Position numbers and translations under genes: made by a program. Of a stretch of 64,000 nucleotides of DNA, positions 63,214-64,000 are shown piece by piece. Within the stretch, counting starts at the first letter, position 1. Every line of letters begins with the position of its first letter. The stretch lies in NCBI GenBank assembly GCA_038087875.1, contig CM075997.1, forward strand, positions 5,334,001 through 5,398,000, written 5' to 3'. A model generated the notes under the pieces. It saw only the letters and a list, made by a program, of their open reading frames with translations. It had not been told where the DNA came from and ran no database searches. The DNA comes from Malacoraja senta. Its lineage: Eukaryota.

Positions 63214-64000
63214 TGTAAAATAGTTAGGGAAAAGGACAGGACTGGACCCTCAATTAAAGTCCGAAGATGGGGTGCGGATAAATAAGTTGATAAGCTCATG
63301 TTCATAAGTTCTAGGGGAAGGATTAGGCCATTCGGCCCATCAATTCTACTCCGCCATTCAATCACGGCTGATCTATCTTTCCCTCTCAAGCCCATTCTCC
63401 TGCCTTCTTCCCATAACCCCTGACACCTGTACTAACCAAGAATCTATCAAACTGCCTTAAATATATCCATTGACTTGGCCTCCATAGCCTTCTGTGGCAA
63501 TGAATTCCACAGATTCAACACCCTCTGACTAAATAAATTCTTCCTCATATACTTCCTAAAGGGATGCACTTTAATTCTTATGTGACGGCCAGCACTCTCT
63601 GTGATGTGGTCTTGTTACAAGTTGCACAATTTGATTCGCAAGAGTGTGTGGAATTTGTTGTTTATCTGACAATCCCTTTGTATTCCAAACGCATTAAATG
63701 CAAGACTTTAACACAAACATAAGAAATCTATTAAGATTTCCAACACAGCAAATCCATGAATTCCACTGTGACTCAAACAATAATAATGATGGTTTATTCA
63801 TTTATGAAAATATTTTTTTAACATGTTTCCCCTTCCAACTCCTTTCAGCCTTTCTCCCTGAGTTGGCTGCACAGCAGTTGGAGTTCATCTTTTCTTTGGG
63901 TGTTCTGAACAGGTCCCAGCATTAGGCAAGCACTAATATGGGCGGCATGGTGGCGCAGCGGTAGAGTTGCTGCCTTACAGCGCTTGAGACCCGGGTTCGA

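Overview
Repeat-dense vertebrate DNA. The repeat complement (HE1/V-SINE-type tRNA SINEs, CR1/HER1-type LINEs, Rex/Babar, Penelope) points to a cartilaginous fish, probably a skate or ray; this is an inference. One intact host gene is clear: a gremlin-family (DAN) BMP antagonist coding exon at 29473-29946 (+). It diverges from GREM1/GREM2 and may be the third gremlin paralog. The most unusual structure is a 1.5-kb non-autonomous hAT-type element at 39030-40551 with 14-bp TIRs and an 8-bp TSD. It splits a SINE and carries a frameshifted copper amine oxidase (AOC2/3-like) gene fragment plus a phased CCAAT cluster, which suggests gene capture by a vertebrate cut-and-paste transposon. Also present: a full-length DIRS1 element (13338-18149) with near-perfect termini/ICR but dead ORFs, a young Penelope copy, hammerhead-like motifs in Penelope ends, a Harbinger MITE family, nested CR1s, an L1 3' end, a tRNA-Val pseudogene, a ~320-bp dispersed duplication, mini/microsatellites and a 200-N gap. 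All comparisons to known proteins and families are from recall, not database searches. Many short repeat fragments are not listed, and repeat boundaries without TSDs are approximate.
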